Shown piece after piece: positions 10,433-21,600 of a stretch of 64,000 nucleotides of DNA. Made by a program: the position numbers and the translations under genes. Within the stretch, counting starts at the first letter, position 1, and every line of letters begins with the position of its first letter. Origin of the DNA: Acidobacteriota bacterium (GTDB lineage Bacteria; Acidobacteriota; UBA6911); the NCBI GenBank assembly GCA_963664705.1, contig OY761556.1, forward strand, positions 6,112,001-6,176,000, written 5' to 3'. Under the pieces are notes generated by a model that ran no database searches, was not told where the DNA came from, and saw only the letters and a program-made list of their open reading frames with translations.

Positions 10433-13400
10433 TGACGACCTGCCTTGCTTTCCGGCCGGCATCCTTGCTTTTGGCCAGAACCTTCTTAAATTCCTGGGGA
10501 AAAACCTTGACGAATTGCGGCAGCATAGCATCCCAATCATCCAGGATTTTGCGTGCGCGCGGGCTTCCCGTGACTGCATGGTGACGTTCGATCAAATTTC
10601 GAAGAAGAGCTTTGTCTTCCGTTTCCAATGGATCAAAGTCCACGCCGGCCCGGTTGCAGCGAACGGATTGGAACTCTCCCGTTTCATCGAGTACGTAGGC
10701 AACGCCGCCCGTCATGCCGGCAGCAAAATTCCTCCCGGTCGGTCCCAGGATCACAACCGTTCCGCGGGTCATGTACTCGCATCCATGGTCGCCGACGCCC
10801 TCGACGACGGCAGTGGCTCCCGAGTTTCTGACGGCAAACCTTTCTCCCGCCATCCCGTTAAAAAAGGCCTCCCCGCTGGTCGCGCCGTAAAGGACTACAT
10901 TGCCTACAATGATGCTTTTCTCCGGCGAGAACTTGGATCCCTTGGGCGGATACACCACGACACGGCCGCCCGACAGACCCTTGCCCACGTAATCGTTGGC
11001 ATCCCCCTCGAGAGTGAGGGTAACGCCTTTAGCCAGGAATGCACCAAAACTTTGTCCGGCGGAGCCGTTAAAGTGAAAACGAACCGTGTCGTCCGGCAAT
11101 CCGGCGGATCCTGTGCGCCGGGCAATTTCTCCGCTCAGCATGGCGCCAACGGTGCGGTGAACGTTTCGAATAGGCAGTTTCAGCTCCATCGCGGTTCCGG
11201 TTTCCAGGGCATCGCGGGCATGATCGATGAGCTTGTAGTCGAGAGCCTGCTCGAGCCCATGATCCTGCTGGATGGCGCAACGTCTGCCTACCCTTCCGGG
11301 GACCGGTGGATTATAAAGAATTGACGAAAGGTTGATCCCTTTGGCTTTCCAATGAGAGATCGTGTCCTGCATATCCAGCATATCCACTCGGCCGATCATT
11401 TCGTCCATGGTCGCAAAGCCCATCTCCGCCATCAACTCGCGCACCTCTTCCGCGACAAAAAAGAAATAGTTGATGAGATGCTCCGGCTGGCCATCAAACT
11501 TGCGGCGCAGCGTCGGATCCTGGGTTGCGATACCGACAGGGCAGGTGTTCAGATGGCATTTGCGCATCATGATGCAGCCGAGTGAAACCAGAGGTGCCGT
11601 CGAGAATCCAAATTCCTCCGCGCCAAGCAGCGCGGCGATCGCGACATCACGTCCCGTCTGGAGTTTGCCGTCGGTCTGCAGGCGGACGCGGCTGCGCAAA
11701 TCGTTCATGACCAGCACCTGCTGGGTTTCGGCCAGCCCCAGTTCCCAGGGGATGCCGGAGTGCTTGATTGCCGTCAGCGGCGAGGCGCCGGTTCCTCCGT
11801 CATGCCCGCTGATCAGGACTACATCGGCATGTGCTTTTGCCACTCCCGCTGCGACAACGCCTACCCCGACTTCCGCAACAAGCTTGACCGAAATGCGGGC
11901 CTGGGGGTTCACATTCTTCAAGTCGTAGATAAGCTGAGCCAGATCCTCGATGGAATAGATATCGTGATGCGGCGGAGGTGAGATCAGTTGCACTCCCGGC
12001 GTGGAATGGCGCACGCGGGCGATTACTTCATCCACCTTGTGTCCCGGAAGCTGACCGCCCTCTCCCGGCTTGGCACCCTGCGCTACTTTGATCTGGAGTT
12101 CTTCCGCGTTGACCAGGTAATTCGCGGTGACGCCAAAACGTCCCGAGGCGACCTGCTTGATTGCGCTGCGCCGCAGGTCCCCATTGGCGTCGCGGGTGAA
12201 ACGTTCCTCGTCCTCTCCCCCTTCGCCCGTATTCGACCGGGCGCCGATGCGGTTCATTGCGATGGCCAGCGTTTCATGCGCCTCTTTGCTGATGGACCCG
12301 TAGGACATGGCTCCCGTGGCAAAACGCTTCACCAGCTCGCTTGCCGGCTCGACCTTATCCAGGGGGATGGCATGGGCCGTCTTCCTCAGCTTCATCAGGC
12401 CGCGAATCGTGCAAAGCTGCCGGCTTTGATCATTTATCAGCCTGGAATATTCCTGGTACGTTTCATAGCTGGATGAGCGGACGGATTGACGCAGTTTGCT
12501 GATCGTCTCCGGATTGAAGAGATGATATTCACCATCGGCGCGATATTGATAGCGTCCGCCTGTTTCCAGCTCGGGATCGTAGTCGGCGACTCCCTTGAAT
12601 GCGTAATCATGGCGGAACTTGACCTCCCTGGCCAGGACATCGAGATCCACGCCTTCAATGCGCGAAGAGGTCCCGGTGAAGTACTGGTCAACGATGGATT
12701 TGTTCAGCCCGATCGCCTCAAAACACTGTGCGCCCTGATAGCTCTGCAGCGTCGAGATCCCCATTTTTGAAAGTACCTTCAGCAGCCCTTTGTTGATGGC
12801 TTTCTCATAGTTTTGAAGCGCCGCCTCGAAAGATAAACCCTCCGGCAGCCATCCATGCCGATGCAGATCTTCGATGGTTTCTACCGCCAGGTATGGATTG
12901 ACGGCACTGGCCCCATAGCCGAGAAGCAGTGCAAAGTGCATGACTTCCCGAGGTTCCCCGGATTCCACGATGATGGCGACCTGAGTTCGCGTTTTTTCGC
13001 GGACCAGGTGGTTATGTACGGCAGTCAGGGCAAGCAGGCTCGGGATCGGGGCATATTCTTTTTCGATGCCGCGATCCGAGAGTATCAGGATGGTGTATCC
13101 CGATTTGATGGCCAGCGAGGCGCGGCGGCAAAGCCCAACGAGAGCTCTTTCCAGTTCGGCTCCCCCGCCGTCCACGCGAAAGAATGCCGGTAGAGTCGTT
13201 GCCAGAAAATCTCCCCAGGACAGACGGCGCAGCTTTTCCAAATCGTGATTCGTAAGAATCGGGTATTTGAGCTTCAACGTATGACAATGCTGAGGCGTTT
13301 CATCCAGAAGATTGCGCTCGCTTCCGATGAAGCTGGAGAGCGACATCACCATTTCTTCCCGAATCGGATCGATCGCCGGATTGGTCACCTGCGCAAAGAG

Positions 13401-14978
13401 CTGCTTGAAATAATCGAACAGAAGCTGGGGCTTATCCGAAAGGCATGCCAGGGGAGTGTCCGTTCCCATGGAGCCGACCGGTTCCTGCCCCTGCGCGGCC
13501 ATCGGTGCAAGAATAAGCTGAAGCTCTTCGCGCGTATATCCGAAAGACCGTTGTCTTTGCAGTATGGATTCAAAATCAGTCTGCTGCCATCGCGGCGGAT
13601 CCGGCAGCGCCTCGAGGGTTGCCTGGTTTTCGTCGAGCCATTGCCGATAAGGCTGACGCTTTGCCAGTGTCTCCTTGATTTCCTGATCCGGAATAATCTG
13701 TTTGGCTTCCAGATCCACAAGCAGCATTCGGCCCGGCTGCAGCCTGCCCTTGAAACGGATATCCTCCGGCTTGACCGGAAGAACCCCTGTCTCTGACGCC
13801 ATTACAATCGTGTCATCGTGCGTGACCAGGTAACGTGCCGGACGGAGTCCGTTGCGGTCGAGCGTTGCGCCAATGACGCGTCCATCCGTAAAGGCGATAG
13901 CCGCCGGCCCATCCCACGGTTCAATCAGCGAAGCGTGGTATTCGTAAAAGGCCTTTCTATCCGCCGGCATGGCCGGATCGCCATCCCAGGCTTCCGGGAT
14001 GAGCATAGCCATGGCATGCGGAAGGCTGCGTCCGGCCATGTATAGCAATTCGACCACATTGTCGAGACCCGCGGAATCACTGCCTCCCGGCGTCACGATG
14101 GGGAAGAGCTTCTGCATATCCTCTCCGAACAGGGGAGAGGACAGTATGGATTGCCGGGCATCCATCCAGGCGGCGTTCCCGCGAATCGTGTTGATTTCGC
14201 CGTTGTGGCAGATGAAATGAAAGGGATGAGCCAGTTTCCAGGTAGGGAACGTGTTGGTTGAAAAGCGCTGGTGTACCAGGCAGAGAGCACTCTCGGTCAG
14301 CGGATCAGAAAGCTCCTTGTAAAAGCTTGCAATCTGCGTCGCGAGGAGCAAACCCTTGTAAACAATAGTCCTTGACGAAAGAGACGGGATGCTGAAAAAG
14401 CTCTTGTCGCGGACCTCGGAGTTTTCCACTTCGGATTCGGCGCGTTTCCTGATGATGTACAGTTTTCGTTCCAGCGTCTCCTGATCCATGCCTGGAGCGC
14501 GGCGGATGAATATTTGCTGTATATAGGGTTGCGAAGCTCTGGCAACCCGACCAATCGCATCGACCGCAATCGGCGTGTCTCTCCATCCTAGAATTCCAAG
14601 GCCCTCTTCGCGGATGATGCGTTCGAGAATTCCCTCGCAAAGAAAACGCTGATGCCTTTCCACCGGCAGAAATACCATGCCTACGCCGTATTCGCCCGGC
14701 AGCGGCAAGGTGAATCCGAGGCGTGCGCATTCCCGTTCGAAAAAAGCGTGGGGGATCTGGATCAGGACGCCGGCACCGTCTCCTGTGATCGGATCGCTGC
14801 CGCTGGCGCCCCTGTGCTGCAGATTGACCAGGATCTGGATACCTTTCAGGATGATATCGTGCGATCGCACGCCCTGAATGTTGGCAATGAATCCAATCCC
14901 GCAGGCGTCTCGCTCAAAGCGAGGATCATAGAGTCCCTGCGCGCCTGGGATATTATTGACATATCTTTGCTCGTTCAT
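10425..14978 (-). CDS. gltB: Glutamate synthase large subunit
   Basis: DACGIGF amidotransferase start, [41 protein letters not shown]-terminal GXGXG domain. Confidence 0.97.
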   Translation of the reverse strand: MNEQRYVNNIPGAQGLYDPRFERDACGIGFIANIQGVRSHDIILKGIQILVNLQHRGASGSDPITGDGAGVLIQIPHAFFERECARLGFTLPLPGEYGVGMVFLPVERHQRFLCEGILERIIREEGLGILGWRDTPIAVDAIGRVARASQPYIQQIFIRRAPGMDQETLERKLYIIRKRAESEVENSEVRDKSFFSIPSLSSRTIVYKGLLLATQIASFYKELSDPLTESALCLVHQRFSTNTFPTWKLAHPFHFICHNGEINTIRGNAAWMDARQSILSSPLFGEDMQKLFPIVTPGGSDSAGLDNVVELLYMAGRSLPHAMAMLIPEAWDGDPAMPADRKAFYEYHASLIEPWDGPAAIAFTDGRVIGATLDRNGLRPARYLVTHDDTIVMASETGVLPVKPEDIRFKGRLQPGRMLLVDLEAKQIIPDQEIKETLAKRQPYRQWLDENQATLEALPDPPRWQQTDFESILQRQRSFGYTREELQLILAPMAAQGQEPVGSMGTDTPLACLSDKPQLLFDYFKQLFAQVTNPAIDPIREEMVMSLSSFIGSERNLLDETPQHCHTLKLKYPILTNHDLEKLRRLSWGDFLATTLPAFFRVDGGGAELERALVGLCRRASLAIKSGYTILILSDRGIEKEYAPIPSLLALTAVHNHLVREKTRTQVAIIVESGEPREVMHFALLLGYGASAVNPYLAVETIEDLHRHGWLPEGLSFEAALQNYEKAINKGLLKVLSKMGISTLQSYQGAQCFEAIGLNKSIVDQYFTGTSSRIEGVDLDVLAREVKFRHDYAFKGVADYDPELETGGRYQYRADGEYHLFNPETISKLRQSVRSSSYETYQEYSRLINDQSRQLCTIRGLMKLRKTAHAIPLDKVEPASELVKRFATGAMSYGSISKEAHETLAIAMNRIGARSNTGEGGEDEERFTRDANGDLRRSAIKQVASGRFGVTANYLVNAEELQIKVAQGAKPGEGGQLPGHKVDEVIARVRHSTPGVQLISPPPHHDIYSIEDLAQLIYDLKNVNPQARISVKLVAEVGVGVVAAGVAKAHADVVLISGHDGGTGASPLTAIKHSGIPWELGLAETQQVLVMNDLRSRVRLQTDGKLQTGRDVAIAALLGAEEFGFSTAPLVSLGCIMMRKCHLNTCPVGIATQDPTLRRKFDGQPEHLINYFFFVAEEVRELMAEMGFATMDEMIGRVDMLDMQDTISHWKAKGINLSSILYNPPVPGRVGRRCAIQQDHGLEQALDYKLIDHARDALETGTAMELKLPIRNVHRTVGAMLSGEIARRTGSAGLPDDTVRFHFNGSAGQSFGAFLAKGVTLTLEGDANDYVGKGLSGGRVVVYPPKGSKFSPEKSIIVGNVVLYGATSGEAFFNGMAGERFAVRNSGATAVVEGVGDHGCEYMTRGTVVILGPTGRNFAAGMTGGVAYVLDETGEFQSVRCNRAGVDFDPLETEDKALLRNLIERHHAVTGSPRARKILDDWDAMLPQFVKVFPQEFKKVLAKSKDAGRKARQVVNG

Positions 14979-15178
14979 CCCGGCAATACCTTTCCTTGCG
15001 GGGGCTGATAAATGCCCCTATTTCCCCCAAACCTGTTTTGGGGTTTTATTAACGGAAGCATGCCCGCGCACCAAAAACGGTAATGACTTTCCGGCCTGAA
15101 TTCAATAGCATCCTTGGACCCTTCCCGGTTTGATGCCGTGCAGAGGCCAGGTATTTCGCACGATTCCTGAGTCCGCGA

Positions 15179-15194
15179 TGCAAATACGCCGCCG
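15179..15194 (-). promoter_or_regulatory. Possible sigma54 promoter for gltBD
   Basis: Minus strand CGGCGGCGTATTTGCA: GG-N10-GC with consensus TTGCA at -12 but C instead of T before GG; about 200 nt upstream of gltB. Confidence 0.35.
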
Positions 15195-15244
15195 GCCGCG
15201 CGAGTTTCTCGGACGGTCCCGCAGAAGCTCCGGGTTTGAATCTG

Positions 15245-16777
15245 TTACTTGCGGAAGCGCCCGCAATCGATGCCGTACTTCTTCACTTTGTAATTGAGCA
15301 CGCGTTCCGTTGAACTCAGCAGTCGGGCTGCCCGACTGCAATTCCCGCGTGTCGTCTTCAATGCATCCTGGATCAGGTCCTTCTCATAGGACGCGATCGC
15401 TTCGGTCAGGGACACGCGAACAACGGTGCCGGAGGATTCAGCGGTCTGCAGCGTGGGGGGGAGATGATGCGCGTGAATCACAGTGCCGTCGCAGATGAGC
15501 ACGGCGCGCTCCATGGCGTTTTCCAGTTCACGCACGTTGCCGGGCCAGTGATAGCTCATCAGCATGTCGATGGCCGGCGTGGAGATCCGCTTGATGTTCT
15601 TGCTGTGTTCTTTGGTATATTTCTCCAGGAAGTAGTCGGCCAAGGCCATGACATCCGGTTTTCGCTCGCGCAGCGGCGGGATGAAGATCGTGAAGACATT
15701 CAGCCGGTAATAAAGATCCTCGCGGAAGGTTCCCTCGGTAATCGCTTTTTCAAGGTCCTTGTTGGTTGCCGTAATGAGGCGGACCTTGATTTTGATGGTC
15801 TCCGTGCTTCCTAACCGCTCAAACTCACGCTCCTGGAGGACGCGGAGCAGTTTGATCTGCGTGGTCAGGTTCAAATCACCGATTTCGTCCAGGAAAAGCG
15901 TCCCCCCTTCCGCAAGTTCAAATCTCCCCAGTTTCCTGGACTGAGCTCCTGTAAACGCTCCCTTCTCATAGCCGAACAATTCCGATTCGATCAGTGTGTC
16001 CGGCAGTGCCGCACAGCTTACCTTCACAAAAGGCTTCTTGGCACGAGGGGAATTGTAGTGAATGGCATGGGCAATAAGTTCCTTGCCGGTGCCGGATTCG
16101 CCCCGGATGAGCACGGAGGTGTTAGTTCCCGCCACCTGCGCGATCTGCTCGTAGACCTGCCGCATGCTGCCGCTGCCACCCACCATGTTGGAAAAATCGT
16201 AGCGTTCGCGCAGTTCTTCTCGAAGATGGATATTTTCTGCGACAAGCTTCTGCGTTTCTGCCTGCACCAGGTGCTCCACCCGGACCGCTTGGCCCATCAG
16301 GCCGGCAATGACGCGCAGGAATTTAACGTCACGGTCGTAATCCCGATCCTTGCGGAAGAAAAGATCGACGCCCAGCGCGCCAACGGTTTTGCGTCCGACC
16401 ACGATCGGTACGCAGATAAAACTCAGTTCCTCTTTGAGCCCTTTCCTTTGTGCGGCTCGGTTCAACAGCATCGGCTCACGGCTCACCTGCGGAACAATAA
16501 CCGGCTTGCTGCTTTCAACAACGCGTCCGGTTACTCCCTCGCCCAGCTTGTAGCGCGCGCGCTGCCCGTCAGCTGTAATGCCGTTGGATGCTTCGATGAA
16601 GAGCTCATTGTCATTATTCAACAGCGTCACAGCGCTTCGAAACATGCCATGGCGCTGCTCCAGAATCTCCAAAACGCGATGCAGCGAATGCTTGAGGTTG
16701 AGCGTTGCGGACAAAACCTGGCTCAATTCCAATAGTGTCGCCAGTTTCTTGCTTTCATTCGATTCGGCATGTTGCAT
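15245..16777 (-). CDS. NifA-like sigma54-dependent enhancer-binding protein (GAF-AAA+-Fis HTH)
   Basis: N-terminal GAF (GEGVTGRV, SFICVPI), GESGTGKEL, ESELFGYEKGAFTGA, WPGNVRELEN, C-terminal HTH. Confidence 0.93.
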   Translation of the reverse strand: MQHAESNESKKLATLLELSQVLSATLNLKHSLHRVLEILEQRHGMFRSAVTLLNNDNELFIEASNGITADGQRARYKLGEGVTGRVVESSKPVIVPQVSREPMLLNRAAQRKGLKEELSFICVPIVVGRKTVGALGVDLFFRKDRDYDRDVKFLRVIAGLMGQAVRVEHLVQAETQKLVAENIHLREELRERYDFSNMVGGSGSMRQVYEQIAQVAGTNTSVLIRGESGTGKELIAHAIHYNSPRAKKPFVKVSCAALPDTLIESELFGYEKGAFTGAQSRKLGRFELAEGGTLFLDEIGDLNLTTQIKLLRVLQEREFERLGSTETIKIKVRLITATNKDLEKAITEGTFREDLYYRLNVFTIFIPPLRERKPDVMALADYFLEKYTKEHSKNIKRISTPAIDMLMSYHWPGNVRELENAMERAVLICDGTVIHAHHLPPTLQTAESSGTVVRVSLTEAIASYEKDLIQDALKTTRGNCSRAARLLSSTERVLNYKVKKYGIDCGRFRK

Positions 16778-16931
16778 GGCGTTTCCTTACAATATGGTAG
16801 AGAACAAAGGATAGAAGCTACAGACTTGTTGAACGGGCGTCAACTGGAAAAGATGCCTGGAAATGGGGCCAATTACGGAGCCTCGGCCTCCCGGAGGATC
16901 TTGGCAGAGTTGCACATTAGACTCAGTGTCC

Positions 16932-16975
16932 AAAAAACCCATTCGTAAATCCAAATAGTTGGATTTACGAATGGG
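16932..16975 (-). terminator. Terminator-like hairpin upstream of the NifA-like gene
   Basis: Perfect 17-bp stem cccattcgtaaatccaa-atag-ttggatttacgaatggg with A6 on its left (U6 on -). Confidence 0.7.
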
Positions 16976-17058
16976 CATGGGTTGCCATGAAAACGGGATA
17001 GGGCTGTTAAAATATTGTGAAATAAGCGGTTTAGTTCTACGGCCTGGAAGGGCCTGGT

Positions 17059-17075
17059 CTGGCATAAAAGATGCT
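17059..17075 (+). promoter_or_regulatory. Sigma54 (-24/-12) promoter divergent from the NifA-like gene
   Basis: CTGGCATAAAAGATGCT = TGGCA...TGCT with exact GG-N10-GC spacing (GG 17061-62, GC 17073-74). Confidence 0.65.
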
Positions 17076-17085
17076 TTGTAGATAG

Positions 17086-17450
17086 TGGAATTTCCCGTTA
17101 TCCAAGCCTTGGTCCTTGGATTGAAGCTTAAATTGCTTGGGGAGTGTCGTGGGACCGTCTCACGGCGCCAGGGATCCTTGGGTGGTTGGCTTTGTTCAAG
17201 GGCCGGGCTTGGCGTATAAAGTTTGACTGCATCAACCTTCCGCCAATTTAGCGAATCCCGAAATAACCAGGAATACTACTTTTTGCCGAGGGTGAAGCCC
17301 ATCGGAGTGCCGTGGCTTGACACCGCCTTCGGCCTGTATGGTTTTCAAAGGCGGCAGCTAGCCGCCGTACTCCACAGTTCACCTTCGAGCACGCCTTTTT
17401 GCAATTAGTATGCGGAATAAGTCGGAGCGGCGGGCTTTTTGAAAGCCTGG
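17086..17450 (+). ncRNA. Candidate structured non-coding RNA (family not recognised)
   Basis: No convincing ORF; several hairpins including a ~100-nt multi-stem rod (17287-17387) whose non-Watson-Crick pairs are G-U on the + strand; lies directly downstream of the sigma54 motif. Confidence 0.45.
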
Positions 17451-17516
17451 CCTTGCATGCATGCAGCTATGGCTTGTTGACCTCGAAACTCTTAGGGCAT
17501 AAGCACAATCGTCAAT

Positions 17517-18476
17517 CTACTTGATTTCCGAATAGTACTGAATATACGCATCCTCTTTGAGTTGGGCGATGTAGCGTTCGAGTTCAGGGTTGAACTTCTG
17601 GTCATACAGCCTGTTTTTGATGTAATTGCGAACTTCGTCCAATGGGCGGACGACCGAGAGTTTTCTCACGTCGATATGATAAATAACATAGGCATCCTTT
17701 TCCTTCTGTGGTTTGGACACCTCGCCATCTTTCAGACCGGCAATAGCCTTCACGGTATCGGTGTTCAGCTTGGATAAAAGATAAGTGCCGATGCTGCCGC
17801 CTTTGCTGGCGGTCGATCCGCTGGAATACTGGCTGGCCAGCGTCGGGAAGGACTCGCCCTGTTGCAGCCGCTTGTAAATGTCGTTGGCTCGACCCTCGGC
17901 TTCTGCAGCCCCTCCCTTGGTGGAGATCTCAATGGTACTGAGGGTCACTTCTTCAGGGCTGGAAAATTCGCTGATGTGGTCTTTGTAATATTTTTCCACT
18001 TCGGGCGTGAGCAGCGTAATTTTGGAGGACACAAAATAATCGACCAGCGAATTTACGATGATTTCTTTCCGATATTGTTCCCGGTAATCCTTCAGGTTCA
18101 GCCCCTGTTGTTCCAAGGCCTTCTCGAGGCCTTCGGTATCGCCCAGGTTGTTCTCTTTGATGACTTTTTGAATTGCCGCAGAAACCTGCGATTCGACGTC
18201 CGCGCTGAAACCCAACTCCATGGCCTTCTGATAAAGGAGCTTCTTCTGAACCAGGTTTTCCAGAATCTGTTTCTCGGTTTTTTGCAGGGCCTGTTCCAGT
18301 TCCTCGCCCGAGTACTTGCCGGCAAGTTCCTGGCGATAGGGAGCCATTTCCTGGCTTAAGTCTGACATTGTGATGATGTCGTCGTTTACCTGAGCCAGGA
18401 TACGATCCACGGTTCTTGCTTCCGCGCTGACAAAAGCAATCAGTATCGCCGGAACGATCCAAAGTAATTTTTTCAT
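17517..18476 (-). CDS. SurA/PrsA-family peptidyl-prolyl isomerase (periplasmic chaperone)
   Basis: Signal peptide MKKLLWIV, VDRILAQVNDDIIT (SurA N-domain), parvulin-like SFPTLASQYS...KGGSIG; follows mfd. Confidence 0.85.
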   Translation of the reverse strand: MKKLLWIVPAILIAFVSAEARTVDRILAQVNDDIITMSDLSQEMAPYRQELAGKYSGEELEQALQKTEKQILENLVQKKLLYQKAMELGFSADVESQVSAAIQKVIKENNLGDTEGLEKALEQQGLNLKDYREQYRKEIIVNSLVDYFVSSKITLLTPEVEKYYKDHISEFSSPEEVTLSTIEISTKGGAAEAEGRANDIYKRLQQGESFPTLASQYSSGSTASKGGSIGTYLLSKLNTDTVKAIAGLKDGEVSKPQKEKDAYVIYHIDVRKLSVVRPLDEVRNYIKNRLYDQKFNPELERYIAQLKEDAYIQYYSEIK

Positions 18477-18530
18477 CCGTATTCCCTTTATCATGCCTGG
18501 AGTATGTGGCAAACCCCTATCATACCAAAA

Positions 18531-18629
18531 CAGTAGTCAGTAGTCAGTAGCCAGTAGTCAGTAGTTGGGCCTGCCCTGTCTATGTACGCCCAAAGCCATT
18601 GATCGTTCCACAATTCACTGCCCACTGCC
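18531..18629. repeat. Heptamer tandem repeat (CAGTAGT)5 with a degenerate inverted arm
   Basis: cagtagt cagtagt cagtagc cagtagt cagtagt at 18531-18565; cactgcc cactgcc at 18616-18629. Confidence 0.8.
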
Positions 18630-18637
18630 TATCAGCG

Positions 18638-21600
18638 CTACATCCGGATCTCATCCAAAATTTTGTTTATGGAGTCGAACAGCATATCGGGGTGCAGATC
18701 CGGGACATCGAGTGTCAGCAAGCCTTGTGGCGAGAAGCGCGCCTTCTTGTTTCGTGTCACGAGCTTCAATAGCTTGTCGGCGTCAACTTTGGATTGATCC
18801 ACAAATCGGAAAAACACCTGGCTCTTGTTCTTTTCGATCGACTGAATCTGGAGAGCCAGTGTCTCCTGTCTTAAGCGGGCATAGCGGAACAGATGATCCA
18901 CCGGCGCCGGGTACTGGCCAAAACGGTCCACCATTTCCTGCCGAAGCCCGTCCAGTTCTTCATCGGATGAAGCCGAGGAAATCCTTTTGTACATTCGAAG
19001 CCGCTGCCCCGAATCGGCGATATACGATTCCGGTATCCGAATATCCAGGTTGAGGTTGATGCTGGTGGCAATCTCCTCTTCCGGTTTCTCTCCGCGCAAT
19101 TCTTCAACGGTCCGCTCCAATAGCTGACAATAAAGGTCGAATCCGACCGCTTCTATATGTCCGTGTTGTTCGCCGCCAAGCAGGTTGCCGGCACCCCGTA
19201 TTTCCAAGTCCAGGGCGGCGACTCGGAATCCCATGCCGAGATCGCTGAATTCCCGGATGGCGGCGAGTCGCTTGCGGGCGACTTCGGAGAGCGCTTCATC
19301 GGAGGGAACAAGTAAATATGCATATGCGCGTCGATCACTCCTGCCGACTCTGCCGCGCAGCTGATACAACTGCGACAGCCCGTAAAGATCGGCCCGATCC
19401 ACGATGATGGTATTGACTCGCGGGATATCCAGCCCGTTCTCAATAATGGTGGTGGCCACCAGGACATCGAGCTGATCCTCGACGAACTTCAGCATGATTT
19501 TTTCCAGTTCGCGCTCCTGCATCTGTCCGTGGGCGATGCCTATTCGGGCCTGCGGCACCAGTTGCTGGACTCTGGCGGCAATCGAGTGAATGCTTTCAAC
19601 GCGGTTGTGCACAAAATACACCTGGCCGTTTCGGGCAAGTTCCATTTCAATTGCAGAGCGGACAACATCCGGACTGTATTTCAGGACGGAGGTCTGAATT
19701 GCAAGGCGGTTCTTCGGCGGAGTTTCGATGGTCGACATGTCCCGCAACCCGAGCAGCGCCATATTCAATGTCCGTGGGATAGGTGTGGCGGATAGCGTCA
19801 ACACGTCCACCTGCGTCTTCAATGACTTCAGTCGCTCTTTGTGCGTCACTCCGAATCGCTGTTCTTCGTCGACAACAATCAATCCGAGATCCTTGAACGC
19901 CACATCCTTAGAAAGAAGCCTGTGGGTGCCCACGACCACATCGACTCGCCCCATCTCCAGGTCCTCGAGGACCTGTTTCTGCTCTTTGGGGCTTCGGAAT
20001 CGGGAGAGAAGCTGTATTCGCACCGGGAAAGAAGTGAATCGACCCTTCAAGGTGTTGTAGTGCTGGAATGCCAGCACCGTGGTTGGCGCCAGCACTGCAG
20101 CCTGTTTGCCGTCCATAACAGCTTTGAATGCGGCCCGCATGGCAACTTCCGTTTTTCCGTACCCGACATCGCCGCAGAGGAGGCGATCCATCGGCCGAGG
20201 CGCTTCCATGTCGCTCTTGACTGCGGAAAGAGCATCCGCTTGGTCTCGAGTCAGTTCGAATTCGAAGGCGTCCTCAAATTCCTGCTGCCAAGGGGTATCC
20301 GAGGAGAAGGAATACCCTGAGATAGTCTGCCGTTGCGCATACAGCTTCAGAAGCTCTTCCGCCATATCCCGCATGGATTTTTTAATGCGGGATTTTGTTT
20401 TCGACCAACTGGTGCTGCCCAGGCGGTCGAGAGTCGGCCGGGAGCCGCCCATGCTGCTGTATTTTTGAATCAGGTCGAGTCGTTCCACCGGGACGTACAG
20501 CTTGGCATCGTCCTGGTATGTCAGGAGGACAAACTCCTTTGAAGAGCCTTCCTGCAGTCCGATGGTCTTCAGCCCGTTAAAAAGCCCGATTCCATGGTCC
20601 ATGTGGACGACATAGTCGCCCGGCTTGAGATCCCTGAAGTCCGAAATAAACAGGTTCCGTTGAGCTGATTTGCTTTTCCGTGGCGCCTGGCCGACATCCG
20701 CCTCGTCAAACAGGTCATTGCTGGTCAGCACCCGGAAGTTGGCGGCGGGCAGGAAATAGCCGGCATGCAGATTACCGATGCCGAGTAGAATGGTTCCTGC
20801 CTCAGTGCCTTCCAAAGAGGGATACTCTCCCGGGCGACAAAGATGTGCCGGCAATTCGTATTCCTTCAGAATGTCATTCATGCGTTCGGCGCGGCCGAGG
20901 TTGGCAACAATGAACGCGATGGTCTCTCCCGATGCCCGGAATTTTTTCAGATCTTCAATCAGCTCTCGGATGTTCCCGTGGTATTTCCGCGTTGTCTGTG
21001 ATGCGAAATAGACCGGGGCATCGCCGGAAGGCGCCACGCCCAGTTCTTCGACCTCAATGCGGGCAAATCGGTCCATCCCTGTGCGGAAATCTTCGGTAGC
21101 AACATAGATCTGATCCGGAGCAAGAACCGGCTTGTGAGCCTCGACTCGGTCCACAAATTTTTCATAGAGCTCTGCGTGATGCTTCTCGAGCGTGGCTTCC
21201 AGAACTTCGCGTTCCACAACAATCAGCCGATAGCCGCGTATGTAGTCGAAGAGGGTTTTCTCGAGCGGGTCGGCGGCGGGCAGCAAAAACTCAAATGCCG
21301 GGAACATCTCGCCCTGCCGGGCGAGTGAGAGTTCCTCCTGGAGGTGCGGCATAAATGGATCGCTCCAGAAGGAGGACGCTTTTGCCGCCCATTCCCGCAA
21401 TAATTCGCGGCGGAAGCAGTATTCGCGCATGGGGATAATTTCAACCGTGCGCGCGGTTTCAATGGATCGTTGGGAGTCGACATCAAAGCTTCGGATGGAT
21501 TCAATCCGGTCCCCGAAGAACTCAAGGCGTACGGGATGTTCGAGGTGAGGCGGAAATACGTCGAGAATTCCCCCTCGCAGCGAAAACTCCCCAGGGTCGG

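Noticed and set aside
15056-15074. Minus-strand TGG...TGCT sigma54-like motif closer to gltB
   Set aside because: GG-to-GC spacing is 11 nt, not the required 10.
18531-18565. Possible CRISPR array
   Set aside because: Contiguous 7-nt units with no spacers, and no cas genes.
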